Assembly (NCBI GenBank): GCA_020726185.1
Contig: DYTB01000005.1
Coordinates: forward strand, 1-63,737
Origin: Candidatus Odyssella sp.
Lineage (GTDB): Bacteria; Pseudomonadota; Alphaproteobacteria; Paracaedibacterales; CAITNM01
Direction: 5' to 3'
DNA: 63,737 bases
Of this stretch, positions 30,474 to 40,886 are shown in pieces (positions within the stretch are counted from its first letter, which is position 1; the number at the start of each line of letters is the position of its first letter). Below the pieces are notes generated by a model. It searched no databases. It saw nothing but the letters and a program-made list of their open reading frames with translations, and had not been told where the DNA came from. A program made the position numbers and the translations under genes.

Positions 30474-31259
30474 CTAAGTGTTAAGTAGTAATCGATCGCT
30501 ATCTATTGAACTGCCAAATTGACGCATTAAATCCTGCGGAGTAAGGCGTTTGCGGTCCTCGCCTTTAATGTCATATATAAGCTGGCTTTCGTGCAACATT
30601 ACTGTTCGTGTTCCGTATTGAAGGGCGTGTCCCAAACTATGCGTTACCATCAAGGCTGTTAATTTTTTTCCCTCAACAATTTGTTGAGTTATATCCATAA
30701 CAAAGCGACTTGTTTTTGGGTCTAGGGCTGCTGTGTGCTCATCCAAAAGTAAGATTTTCAAAGGGCTTAATGTTGCCATAAGCAAGCTTATGGCTTGGCG
30801 TTGTCCGCCCGATAACATTGCCATTTGTGTGTCTAGCCTATTTTCCAACCCTAAATTCAAAGGCTTTAAAATACTTTGAAAATATTTGCGTGAAACATTA
30901 GTCACGGCGTTTTTAAGCGTTCGGTTTTTTCCTCTACATAGCGCAAGAGCTAAATTTTCACCGATTGTTAAATAAGAACATGTTCCAGCTATGGGGTCTT
31001 GAAAAACGCGTGCAACATGTTTTGCTCTGGTGCTTGTTTCTTGTTGAGTAACATCTTCTTCATCAATTAAAATCTGGCCGGTATCTGGAAGAACTTCTCC
31101 AGCAATTGCATTAAGAAGAGTGGATTTTCCAGCGCCATTACTACCAATCACAGTAACAAATTCACCTTCTTGAATTTGAAGTGATACATTTTTTAAAGCT
31201 GTTCTAAAGGCAGCAGTGCCCACTCCAAAATGCACGGATATATTTTTTAGGCTAATCAC
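30474..31259 (-). CDS. ABC transporter ATP-binding subunit
   Basis: GSNGAGKST, LSGGQRQ, LLLDEHTAALDP. Confidence 0.92.
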   Translation of the reverse strand: MISLKNISVHFGVGTAAFRTALKNVSLQIQEGEFVTVIGSNGAGKSTLLNAIAGEVLPDTGQILIDEEDVTQQETSTRAKHVARVFQDPIAGTCSYLTIGENLALALCRGKNRTLKNAVTNVSRKYFQSILKPLNLGLENRLDTQMAMLSGGQRQAISLLMATLSPLKILLLDEHTAALDPKTSRFVMDITQQIVEGKKLTALMVTHSLGHALQYGTRTVMLHESQLIYDIKGEDRKRLTPQDLMRQFGSSIDSDRLLLNT

Positions 31260-32146
31260 GCTTTTGTCCTTAGCTGCCTTTTTAAGTCGGGCAATAACAT
31301 GGCAATGCCTACAAGAACTGCTGTAACTAAATTTAAGTCAGAGGCTTGTAGCAGGGATCCGCCAATGTTTAAAGCTGTTGCAATTACAAATCTGTATAGT
31401 ATTGCACTTGCAATACAAGCGAGAATTGCGTGGCTAATTTTGCGTATAGGCAACACGGCTTCTCCAATAATCACGGCAGCTAGTCCAATAATAATAGTGC
31501 CGACACCCATGCTTATGTCTGCATAACCACTAACCTGAGCAAAAATTGCACCGCCTAATGCAACAAAGCTATTCGCTAAGCACAAACCTAAGCTAACCAT
31601 AGCTTTATCATTAATTCCTTGGGCTCTTGCCATGCGTGCGTTGTTACCTGTGGCTCGTAACGCCAGTCCAGTATTAGTTTTTAAAAAGCAGTTTAGAGCA
31701 TAGGCCAAAAGACCGATGAAAATTAAAATAGGAAAAATTCTCCAAAAAAGCCCCAATGGTCCTTTCAAACAAAGAAAAAATTCTTCAAAAAGGGTATTTT
31801 CTCCCAAAAGTGGGATGTTTGGTCGTCCCATGACCCGAAGATTTATAGAATAAAGTGCCGTCATCACCAAAATTCCAGACAAAAGATTCATGAATTTTAA
31901 ATGAGTTGATAGCCACGCAGTAATCAATCCTGCTAGCCCACCTAAAATCATCGCAGCTATAGTTGCTATCAATGGATGAACGCCAGCAACAATTAAAGCT
32001 GCACATGTAGCTGCGCCTAGCGGAAATGTGCCATCAACGCTTAAGTCAGGAAAATCAAGAATTCTTAGGGACAAGTACACCCCCATCGCTACGAATCCGT
32101 AGATTAATCCAAGCTCGATAGCTCCTATAATCTGAATAGTGTTCAT
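31256..32146 (-). CDS. ABC transporter permease
   Basis: FPDLSVDGTFPLG, ALRATGNN, YADISMGVG motifs. Confidence 0.9.
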   Translation of the reverse strand: MNTIQIIGAIELGLIYGFVAMGVYLSLRILDFPDLSVDGTFPLGAATCAALIVAGVHPLIATIAAMILGGLAGLITAWLSTHLKFMNLLSGILVMTALYSINLRVMGRPNIPLLGENTLFEEFFLCLKGPLGLFWRIFPILIFIGLLAYALNCFLKTNTGLALRATGNNARMARAQGINDKAMVSLGLCLANSFVALGGAIFAQVSGYADISMGVGTIIIGLAAVIIGEAVLPIRKISHAILACIASAILYRFVIATALNIGGSLLQASDLNLVTAVLVGIAMLLPDLKRQLRTKA

Positions 32147-33057
32147 AAATCTGCGCCACCAACAGTAACGGCTTCGTCCAATAAGTCACCAGAATCTAAT
32201 TGTATACCAAGGTGGTCAATAGTATCCATGTTTAAATGTAATTGTGGATACAGCTCATCAAAAGCATTGTCTTTAATATTTTTCTGATCTTTTAAAAAGC
32301 AACTAGCAACTTCAGCAATGCTATGGGCAATTTCTTGTGTATCAAAATCATATCCGCCTAATGCTCCAGAGCGAATTAATCCCGCATGATTTGCAAATAC
32401 TGGGATTTTTTTTATTTTGAAATATTCTAGAATAAGCTCAGAATCTGAGAAAACAATTTCTCCTGGAACAAAAATAACTGCATTGATGTTTTGGCTAACT
32501 TCTTTTAAAAGCGTGGGAATGTTTCTATTTGCAGAGAGAATACACGTACGTAATTCTATTCCATTAATTTTAGCTAGTTCTTGAAATTGCAAGGCTAGAC
32601 GCTTTGAATGTTCACTGCTTTCATCGTATATCAATAAGCAGCTAATGGCTTTTTTCACAATCGTTTTTGCTAGTTCCAACAAAGCTTCAGTGTCATCTTC
32701 CTCGGGCAAGTTAATAACATTAGGATTTTCTTCCCCCAAAGAATCATTTAAGCGAATACCAATTTTTAGTGATGAGTCATCTTTTTTTGCATATTCATCA
32801 AATTTTTTTTGCTCTAAGAATATTTTTATGAAAGCGCTATCACAATTTGTGTTTTCAGTAATTTGATTACTTTTAATGTCATAGAGTTGCAGGGCTTGAC
32901 GAATAAAACGAACGTCGTCTTTAGATCCAGGTGTCTTAGTTGAAAAAATGCAAAATTTCCTGTCATCAACAGAAGAAAATGAGAGTTTTTTATAAAGCCC
33001 TATTCCACCTACAGCAACAGCTGCAGTTATAACAATAAAAAGTATTCGTATATTCAT
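32143..33057 (-). CDS. ABC transporter substrate-binding protein (divergent)
   Basis: First gene of the ABC operon; N-terminal anchor; KIPVF...GALGGY..D. Confidence 0.7.
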   Translation of the reverse strand: MNIRILFIVITAAVAVGGIGLYKKLSFSSVDDRKFCIFSTKTPGSKDDVRFIRQALQLYDIKSNQITENTNCDSAFIKIFLEQKKFDEYAKKDDSSLKIGIRLNDSLGEENPNVINLPEEDDTEALLELAKTIVKKAISCLLIYDESSEHSKRLALQFQELAKINGIELRTCILSANRNIPTLLKEVSQNINAVIFVPGEIVFSDSELILEYFKIKKIPVFANHAGLIRSGALGGYDFDTQEIAHSIAEVASCFLKDQKNIKDNAFDELYPQLHLNMDTIDHLGIQLDSGDLLDEAVTVGGADL

Positions 33058-33211
33058 AAATTTTGCCTTTACACGGAGAAACTATAACTCGTTTTTTGTA
33101 AAAAAACTATGGGCATTGTTTTGCTTGGATTAGTTTTCTCGTTTAGATTTTTAAAAGAGCATTTTTTCATCTTTTTTTAACGGTTTGCCTGCAGAATAAA
33201 AGAAAAAACAA

Positions 33212-34720
33212 ATGAAGCTTGCAACCTGTTATACAGTCGCTTTTTTTGGAGTGCAGCCCAAGTTAATTGAGGTTCAGGTTCAGTTTGCTCCTGGATTACC
33301 TACTTTTACAATTGTTGGCTTGGCAGATAAAGCTGTCGCGGAATCGCGCGAGAGAATTCGTGCGTGCTTACATGGCTTGGGAATGGATATTCCAGCAGTT
33401 AGATTAACCGTTAATTTAACGCCCGCTGATCTTCAAAAAGAAGGCACGCATTACGATTTACCTATTGCTTTGGCAATTTTAGGTGTAATGAATATCATTC
33501 CCAGAGATGAACTGACAAATTACATTGCGTTGGGAGAGATTACCTTAGATGGGCGTATTTTAAGCGTGCCTGGGGTTTTACCTTCGGCGCTTTTATCTGC
33601 AGAACATGGTAAAGGCATTATATGTCCGAAAGATTGTGGGCCAGAGGCTGCCTGGGGTGGAGATATTCATATTTTGGCCCCAAGAGATATTTTAGAGCTT
33701 ATCAAACATTTCAAAAATGAAACTATTTTAGTGCAACCCGAGCCTAAGCTTGATGAAATAAGTGCATATAATCTTGATATGAAAGACGTAAAATCTCAGC
33801 GTTTTGCTAAACGTGGATTAGAAATAGCAGCTGCTGGTGGTCATAATGTTTTAATGATCGGTCCCCCAGGTGCAGGTAAATCAATGTTAGCTTCAAGACT
33901 GCCTGGAATTCTTCCAAAGCTTAGCCCTAAGGAAGCTCTCGATGTAACAGTTGTGCATAGCTTGGCGGGTATGGCACCGAAAGATGGTTTAGTAAAAACT
34001 CGTCCATTCAGGGATCCTCATCACAGCGCGTCCTTACCTGCATTAGTAGGAGGAGGGCAGAAGGGTAAGCCGGGAGAAATATCTTTGGCGCACAACGGAG
34101 TTCTTTTTCTTGATGAGCTCCCTGAATTTTCTAGGGGGTGTTTGGAAAGTTTACGACAACCGCTTGAAACAGGGACCATTACTATTGCCAGAGTTCAACA
34201 CCATTATACGTATCCTGCAAGATTTCAGTGTATTGCTGCCATGAACCCATGTAGGTGTGGATATTTTGGCGATGAAGATCGTCAATGTAATAAAGTTCCA
34301 AAATGTGCAGATGAATATCAACAAAAAATATCTGGACCTATGCTAGATCGTTTTGATTTAGTTGTACCCGTCCAAGCTTTAAAGCCGGAAGAGCTTCAGG
34401 CAGAGCGTAATGAGGAATCAAGTCAAAGTATTTTGCAGAGGGTTGAGAATGCAAGGAGTCGTCAACATGAACGCTATAATTCTCAAGTAATGATCAATGC
34501 TTATGTTGATGGAGAAATGCTTGATAAAGCAGTGCGCACAAATGCTGAAGTCGATGCACTTTTGCACCAGGCCATTAATCGCTATAATCTGTCAGCACGT
34601 GGGTATCACCGCTTATTGCGAGTATCTCGCACGATTGCCGATTTAGAATCCCATGAAAATATCTCGAGTAAACATGTGCTAGAGGCACTTAATTATCGAT
34701 TGGATATCTTGCGAAAATAG
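33212..34720 (+). CDS. comM: YifB/ComM Mg-chelatase-like AAA+ ATPase
   Basis: GHNVLMIGPPGAGKSMLA, LAHNGVLFLDELPEF, AAMNPCRCG, ISGPMLDRFD. Confidence 0.93.
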   Translation: MKLATCYTVAFFGVQPKLIEVQVQFAPGLPTFTIVGLADKAVAESRERIRACLHGLGMDIPAVRLTVNLTPADLQKEGTHYDLPIALAILGVMNIIPRDELTNYIALGEITLDGRILSVPGVLPSALLSAEHGKGIICPKDCGPEAAWGGDIHILAPRDILELIKHFKNETILVQPEPKLDEISAYNLDMKDVKSQRFAKRGLEIAAAGGHNVLMIGPPGAGKSMLASRLPGILPKLSPKEALDVTVVHSLAGMAPKDGLVKTRPFRDPHHSASLPALVGGGQKGKPGEISLAHNGVLFLDELPEFSRGCLESLRQPLETGTITIARVQHHYTYPARFQCIAAMNPCRCGYFGDEDRQCNKVPKCADEYQQKISGPMLDRFDLVVPVQALKPEELQAERNEESSQSILQRVENARSRQHERYNSQVMINAYVDGEMLDKAVRTNAEVDALLHQAINRYNLSARGYHRLLRVSRTIADLESHENISSKHVLEALNYRLDILRK

Positions 34721-34839
34721 ATGTTGCGGTTTCATTTTATTTTCTCAAACCTGAAATTCAATAATTTTCACATGCCAAGAATAGACTTTTTGTCAAATTC
34801 CGGTTAAAAAAGCAAGATGGATTATACTATAGCAGTCTT

Positions 34840-36237
34840 GTGAGTTTATTGAATTCTATACGCATATCGGGTAAAGAGGTGCTTCCTCTTGTTGAAGGAG
34901 GAAAGGGCATTTCTATATCTAACGGAGAAAGTTCTGGTGCCTGGGCAGCGGCTGGGGGAGTTGGAACATTTTCTGCAGTTAACGCAGACGCGCATGATAC
35001 AGAAGGAAATCTAATTCCTGTAATTTATCACGGAAAAACTCGTAGAGAACGCCATGAAGAGTTAATCGCTTATTCTATTAAAGGCGGAATTACGCAAGCG
35101 CGCATTGCTCATGAGCGTAGCAATGGTCAAGGTCGCATTCACATGAATGTTCTATGGGAAATGGGCGCTGTTGAGCCTATTTTGCATGGAGTATTATCAC
35201 AAACAAAAGGCCTTGTGCACGGCGTGACGTGTGGCGCTGGTATGCCATTTAAATTAGCTGAAATTTGCGTTAGCTACGGATTATTCTATTACCCTATTGT
35301 TTCATCAGCGCGAGCTTTTCATATTTTGTGGAAACGTGCTTATAGTCGTTTTTCAGAATCATTAGGCGGGGTTGTTTATGAAGATCCTTGGTTAGCCGGC
35401 GGTCATAATGGTCTTTCTAATAGCGAAAATCCTTTGATTCCAGAAAATCCTTTACCTCGTGTTATTGCTTTACGCAAAGCTATGCGTGAGGTTGGGTTGG
35501 GTGAAACGCCTATTTTTATGGCTGGTGGGGTTTGGTGGTTGTCAGAATGGGCTGACTGGATTAATAATCCCGAATTGGGACCGATTTCATTTCAATTTGG
35601 TACTCGTCCGCTATTAACGCAAGAAAGTCCTATTTCTGAAAGCTGGAAAAAGAAGCTTTTAAATCTTAATAAGGGCGATATCTTTTTAAATCGATTCAGT
35701 CCAACCGGGTTTTATTCTTCTGGGGTACGTAATGCTTTCATGCAAAATTTAGAAGGCAGATCGGTGCGTCAGGTTGCTTATTCTGTTGAGCCCATAGGTG
35801 AGCATACTCAGCAATTCCCAGTAGGTGCGCGTGGTAGGTTTGTTTATCTTGCTCAGCATGATAAAGAATCTGCAGATATCTGGGTAAAACAGGGGCACGA
35901 TGTTCCTATGCGAACTCCAGACAACACATTGATTTTTGTATCACAAGAAGAGTCTCAAAATATTTTAACTGATCAAATTAATTGTATGGGATGTTTATCT
36001 GAATGCAAATTTAGTAATTGGGCGCAAAACGAAACTTGGTCTACAGGTAAAAAAGCAGATCCGCGTTCATTTTGCATTCAAAAGACACTTCAGAAAATTA
36101 GTCACAGCGAAGAAATTGATAACCAATTAATGTTTGCTGGTCACCAAGCTTACCGCTTTGGGCAAGATTCATTTTATGCAAATGGATTTGTGCCAACGGT
36201 AAAGCAACTGGTTGATCGATTGCAGACAGGCTATTAA
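34840..36237 (+). CDS. Nitronate monooxygenase-family flavin oxidoreductase
   Basis: PLVEGGKG, GAGMP, AGGHNG, FQFGTR motifs; Cys cluster CMGCLSEC. Confidence 0.75.
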   Translation: MSLLNSIRISGKEVLPLVEGGKGISISNGESSGAWAAAGGVGTFSAVNADAHDTEGNLIPVIYHGKTRRERHEELIAYSIKGGITQARIAHERSNGQGRIHMNVLWEMGAVEPILHGVLSQTKGLVHGVTCGAGMPFKLAEICVSYGLFYYPIVSSARAFHILWKRAYSRFSESLGGVVYEDPWLAGGHNGLSNSENPLIPENPLPRVIALRKAMREVGLGETPIFMAGGVWWLSEWADWINNPELGPISFQFGTRPLLTQESPISESWKKKLLNLNKGDIFLNRFSPTGFYSSGVRNAFMQNLEGRSVRQVAYSVEPIGEHTQQFPVGARGRFVYLAQHDKESADIWVKQGHDVPMRTPDNTLIFVSQEESQNILTDQINCMGCLSECKFSNWAQNETWSTGKKADPRSFCIQKTLQKISHSEEIDNQLMFAGHQAYRFGQDSFYANGFVPTVKQLVDRLQTGY

Positions 36238-36711
36238 GTGATGGAATTTTTTAATTCTCTTAGCAAAGATTCAGCCGTTCTTGTCTATACTGATGGTGCT
36301 TGCAGTGGCAATCCTGGTCCTGGTGGATGGGGTGTTGTTGTGCGCGCAAACGGTAAAACTCATGAATGGAATGGGGGAGAAATTCAAACCACCAATAACC
36401 GCATGGAATTAACTGCTTGTATTGAAGCATTGAAAGCTATACCTAAAGATTTTTCCATTACTTTGCGTACCGATAGTCGTTATGTTCAAGACGGCATTTG
36501 TCATTGGATTGTAGGCTGGAAGAAAAATGGCTGGAAGACTGCTAGTAAGACCCCAGTTAAAAATATGGATCTTTGGCAAGAGCTAGATGTTTTATCCCAG
36601 AAACGTCCGATCACTTGGGAATGGGTGGCTGCACATAATGGTGAAGAAGGTAATGAACGCGCAGACATGATGGCAAAACAAGGAATTGTTGTTGCTACAA
36701 TGAATAGCTAA
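36238..36711 (+). CDS. rnhA: Ribonuclease HI
   Basis: YTDGACSGNPGPGGWG, TTNNRMEL, TDSRY, GNERAD. Confidence 0.96.
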   Translation: MMEFFNSLSKDSAVLVYTDGACSGNPGPGGWGVVVRANGKTHEWNGGEIQTTNNRMELTACIEALKAIPKDFSITLRTDSRYVQDGICHWIVGWKKNGWKTASKTPVKNMDLWQELDVLSQKRPITWEWVAAHNGEEGNERADMMAKQGIVVATMNS

Positions 36712-36715
36712 TTCT

Positions 36716-37180
36716 CTAACCCAAATAATGCTGCACGTTATACGCTGGGCTATCTAAAATAACTTGCCATCCTTCTTGTGAAACAGGATTCAGCATAATA
36801 GGGGCTGCAGTGTTTACACTAATGCAGTTTTTTCCTAGCTTGCTATGCATTGAAGTTACTAAAAATATAGCTACATCTTTTAATTCTAAGTTTTTTGTGT
36901 GAAGAGATATTTCCAGATCTTTCGCATTAATAATACTAGAATCTTTTGGGTTCACCGTGATATTCATCATGATTAGCTTCATGCCCTCGTCTTCAGTTGA
37001 TTGCAAATATTTGTAGTTTTCTGGTGTATCTTGAGGAAGGGATGTAACGATAAATTCCTTTAAATTTTCAAAACCACAAATACCGTTTTTAAAGTAAAAA
37101 ATATTCGCGAGGTTGTTTTCAGTATCTTTCAATTTTTTAACAAGCTTCTTATTTATTTTGCGTTGTGTAGTTTTAATCAT
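36716..37180 (-). CDS. fliW: Flagellar assembly factor FliW-like
   Basis: FKNGICGFENLKEF, YLQS, SVNTAAPIMLN...G.QVILD..Y. Confidence 0.7.
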   Translation of the reverse strand: MIKTTQRKINKKLVKKLKDTENNLANIFYFKNGICGFENLKEFIVTSLPQDTPENYKYLQSTEDEGMKLIMMNITVNPKDSSIINAKDLEISLHTKNLELKDVAIFLVTSMHSKLGKNCISVNTAAPIMLNPVSQEGWQVILDSPAYNVQHYLG

Positions 37181-37184
37181 ATAA

Positions 37185-38096
37185 TTATCCTCGTTGTTCT
37201 AGCATTCTTACTGCGCTCTGCGCATTACGCATTTCTTGGGTAAACAAATGTTGGCAGATATTTTCCATAACGTTTGATGACATGAGCGCAGCTAGTAATT
37301 CTTCAACACTGTCTTCGGTGAATTCTTCTCTTAAGGTCATAGCTTGCTTGATGGAATTTGATAATTCTTCATCTTGCCCCTCGACTTTTTCTAGCTCTGA
37401 CAGTTTTTGATAATATTTTGATAGAAGGGCTTTTTGTGCATCAACCGCATATGCGCTTGCCTGATCAGAAGCGGCGTCGGCCCCAGTTGTTGAATCTCCA
37501 AGCTTCATAATTGCTTGGTACAAAGTAGCAATTTCTGCATCAAAATCATTTCCTGAAAGACTAACAGTATCGCCTTCATCATTTATGTAAACAGTGATTG
37601 AACCCGAAACTGGTGTGCTATAATCAGCCGGTGATCCTGAGTAAGCTGCAAAAGCTGTAACATTTTTCATGGGCTGGTTTTGAGTTGCTACGCCTCCCAT
37701 GGCATATTCTCCGGATACTGAATTTATTCTGTTGCCAATGGACTGAAAGCTATTTTTTATATCTGCTTGAATTGCAGCTAATCCTGGTTTTACACCGCCC
37801 ATTGTATGACTTCCGGGCATAAATTCAGTTTGTATTCTTTTTGCCAATTTTATGAAATCATCCAAAGCCAAAAGTTGAGTTTTCAAGCGACTTTCTACAA
37901 GAGCATTTGCTTTTTCAAACCCTTCCATACGTTCAATTTTGTTTGTAGTTGAAATACTGACATCAATTTGAGAGGTGGTTTTGCTAGACCAAGGTGCTTC
38001 TGCTCCCCCTGATGCAAGCCTTTCGCTATGCTTCAAACTCATTCTGTGTGTATCTCTTAATCTACTTGCCATAGCATCTAAACTATTTATGCTCAT
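37185..38096 (-). CDS. flgL: Flagellin-fold hook-associated protein, probably FlgL (very divergent)
   Basis: Position after flgK; SERLASGG and SGEYAMGG resemble flagellin/FlgL N-terminal motifs. Confidence 0.5.
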   Translation of the reverse strand: MSINSLDAMASRLRDTHRMSLKHSERLASGGAEAPWSSKTTSQIDVSISTTNKIERMEGFEKANALVESRLKTQLLALDDFIKLAKRIQTEFMPGSHTMGGVKPGLAAIQADIKNSFQSIGNRINSVSGEYAMGGVATQNQPMKNVTAFAAYSGSPADYSTPVSGSITVYINDEGDTVSLSGNDFDAEIATLYQAIMKLGDSTTGADAASDQASAYAVDAQKALLSKYYQKLSELEKVEGQDEELSNSIKQAMTLREEFTEDSVEELLAALMSSNVMENICQHLFTQEMRNAQSAVRMLEQRG

Positions 38097-38140
38097 ATAA
38101 AATTCCTTGTGCTGTTATGGATTTTTTACGCAGTTAATGA

Positions 38141-40066
38141 TCATTGCCCCATCTCCGCGACACGACTCATCATTTGCCAGTAGTTATTAAGAAAAGAAAA
38201 ATACAAATCCTGGCTTTTTGAAATTTGCATTGAACGAATAGCTATTTCTTGCTCATCCATCCCATATGCTTGTGAAAATAATGTTTCTTGTTGTTTGTAT
38301 GCTTCTGTTTGCGCTTCTTTTTCTTCTTGCAAATTACTAGCTTCATTCGCAACTTGTTTGACTAAACCTGAAGAAAAAGCTTCAAGTGTTTGAGAAATCG
38401 TTCCGCCTGAAGGCGTTTGAAAACTAATCTTAGAGCGTGTAAACAAATCGCTTAGAGCACGTCCAACACTTGGATCACCAGACACTGCTTGTGCTGTAGT
38501 TCCTAGCGTATCATCACGTAATTTGTTAATTGAAAAATAAGCTGGGTTACTTAGCATTGAGCTGTTTACGCTAAGACAAGAAGCTAACCCTGTTATTGAC
38601 CCACCACGCCAAAAATCTGGAGTTGTCGTGATTACATCATTCAAATGAAAAAACTCACTGAATCCATACGCAGAAGAATCAGCTGCAGAAATTGATGGTA
38701 ATGCAGCTCCGTCAACACTTCCTAAGCTTATGCCACATTCAGGGTCTGTTGTGGTAATTCTTAAAGAGCCATTTACAATACTTGCGGTAACGTGGCCATC
38801 TAATGTTGAATTACTATTAATCAAATGACACAAAGCACCGACATCTGATGTTAGTGTGCTTAAATCAATATCGGCACTCATGGTTGCTATATTTGAGGTT
38901 GTGTTAATTACAGCAATTCTAAGTGTTCCAGCACCGGTAATTGCTACATCTTCTGACAGACTGGCTCCGCCAATATAACCAGTAATACTTCCTTGCAATG
39001 TTGCTCGAGGTTGAATTGATGAGCTTAGGTTGTGAATTGCATTGAAAGAATCTCGTAATCCTGCTGCGTAAGAATCAAGTGCCTGACCAAATATTGCAGA
39101 ATCTTCTTGTAAAAAGGCCATAAGTCCAGATATTGCACCACCTTGAGTGTCAGAAAAATCTCCAGATACATCAAAAATGAAAGCTTCTTCGCGTCGATCT
39201 AAATAATGGGGAGGTGCCAAAGGATCTGGAGTACCTTCTTTAGCTGTTGAATCAATAGCTACTGATTGCAAGCTAATGGTTCCAGCACCAAAGGTTTGAG
39301 AGGCATCAATTGCAGGAGGAGGGGAATAAATAAATTCAGCAGCTAATGCCCCCTGAACAAGCACTCGACCTTTCGGAGTGCAAACTAAAAAATCACTATT
39401 AGCGTTATCTTCTATATTGATTTGCATATATCCTGCTAGTTGATCTAGCAAAACTCGACGCTGTCTCAGATATGAAATATTAGAATCTGAAGATGCCCCT
39501 GATGCGTCCATGTTAGCATTTATTGATGCTATGTCAGATAGCAATTTATTAATTTCTGGAATTTCACCTGATAATTCTTTCGATGCTGCATCACGCAAAT
39601 TCTGTAATTTATCTGCTACAATTTTTATTTGCCTTGTGTGGTCTGCAATTGCATCAAGTACCGCTCGTTTATTTACCGGCGTATCTCCACCCTGACTGCA
39701 TACTGTGTTGATGGTTGTTACAACTTTGTTTCCACTAGCTATAAAAGCGTTGCTACCTCCCATTTGCCCAAAAGCATTCTCAAAATTGCTTACGTATTTT
39801 GCTAATTCTTCGTTTCTATTCACTTGCGAAGCAATGCTGCGCAGTTGATTTTCTGCGGCAACATCAGTTATTTCTTTAAGTGGGCCATCTGTAACACCAA
39901 TTGCATTACCACTAGCATAATGAATGGAAGGTTCTTGAAGTGTTTTTGTGGAGCCAGGTTTTCCCATTGAGATCATGTCAATCTCTAGACGTTTCATGGC
40001 CCTAGTTTGCTGCCTGAGTCCTGCTAAAGCTAAACCTGCTCCTGAACCCCAAATCTCACCAGTCAT
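38141..40066 (-). CDS. flgK: Flagellar hook-associated protein FlgK (divergent)
   Basis: 641 aa; INKLLSDIASIN, QRRVLLDQLA, GGAISGL, FNAIHN; RBS AGGAGG. Confidence 0.7.
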   Translation of the reverse strand: MTGEIWGSGAGLALAGLRQQTRAMKRLEIDMISMGKPGSTKTLQEPSIHYASGNAIGVTDGPLKEITDVAAENQLRSIASQVNRNEELAKYVSNFENAFGQMGGSNAFIASGNKVVTTINTVCSQGGDTPVNKRAVLDAIADHTRQIKIVADKLQNLRDAASKELSGEIPEINKLLSDIASINANMDASGASSDSNISYLRQRRVLLDQLAGYMQINIEDNANSDFLVCTPKGRVLVQGALAAEFIYSPPPAIDASQTFGAGTISLQSVAIDSTAKEGTPDPLAPPHYLDRREEAFIFDVSGDFSDTQGGAISGLMAFLQEDSAIFGQALDSYAAGLRDSFNAIHNLSSSIQPRATLQGSITGYIGGASLSEDVAITGAGTLRIAVINTTSNIATMSADIDLSTLTSDVGALCHLINSNSTLDGHVTASIVNGSLRITTTDPECGISLGSVDGAALPSISAADSSAYGFSEFFHLNDVITTTPDFWRGGSITGLASCLSVNSSMLSNPAYFSINKLRDDTLGTTAQAVSGDPSVGRALSDLFTRSKISFQTPSGGTISQTLEAFSSGLVKQVANEASNLQEEKEAQTEAYKQQETLFSQAYGMDEQEIAIRSMQISKSQDLYFSFLNNYWQMMSRVAEMGQ

Positions 40067-40075
40067 AATTTCCTC

Positions 40076-40492
40076 CTATACCATATGCTGCACACCCAAA
40101 CTGGGTGCATAGGAGGTTTCAAACAATTTGCCGAAAGCTGTGTAAAATGCAGGTTTGAATTTCACTTTATCAAAATACAAGTCCATTAGTTTCTTGTTTC
40201 CACGACTTGAAAGATCCAACAAATCAACGTTTTGTTTCATAGCATTTGTAATGGTTTTCAATAGAGTGTTTACGTTTTGCTGTTGTGGTTTTTCCAATTG
40301 TTTCCAGCATGTGGGATCAAGAATTTGATCTGCTAAATGCTGATTACTTTTAAACAATTCTGATTTTTTTTGTAATAATGAATCTAACTGAGTAAGACGC
40401 GTATCTCTTAGATATTGCTCTTCCATTTGCATAATCTGAAGCAAACTTTCTGCTGTTTTACAAAAATCATCGTATATACTAGAGAAGGACAT
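40076..40492 (-). CDS. flgN: FlgN-like flagellar export chaperone
   Basis: ATG 40492 preceded by AGGAG; helical protein, E..YL...L....KK.L pattern; between flgJ and flgK. Confidence 0.5.
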   Translation of the reverse strand: MSFSSIYDDFCKTAESLLQIMQMEEQYLRDTRLTQLDSLLQKKSELFKSNQHLADQILDPTCWKQLEKPQQQNVNTLLKTITNAMKQNVDLLDLSSRGNKKLMDLYFDKVKFKPAFYTAFGKLFETSYAPSLGVQHMV

Positions 40493-40883
40493 TGACCGAC
40501 TCCTGATTGTTGAAATGAAAGTCTTCACTATCAGTAATTGCGTTCGTATTTAGCATTTCTGGAGTATTTTCTACCCCCATATTTTTGTATAAATCTTTCT
40601 TAATGCTTGCTCGAATATTGAGTGACTCGGCTCCACCAGAATTAGCAACGGCGTCAATAAACATTGAGCGTAAAATCCCTGAAGCATGACTGTCTCCCCA
40701 CAAAGCACTATCTTCTGTAGTGGCAAACATAGCTTTTACTAAATGCGCATAACACATAGACTGGAATTCTCCAGCAACCTTATCAATTTCTTTTTCATTA
40801 CTTTTTGAACGAGAAAGTGATTCCAATTTATTAAGTGCAGATTGCGAAGTCAGTGTAGAAATATCGACATTTGATTAAATCAT
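40479..40883 (-). pseudogene. flgJ: Short rod-binding FlgJ; in-frame TAA at codon 3 if ATG 40883 is the start
   Basis: A.EFQSM....LVKAMF...........RSMF.D Rod-binding pattern; ATG ATT TAA TCA in frame just after the flgI stop; fallback start TTG 40826. Confidence 0.6.
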
Positions 40884-40886
40884 GGC

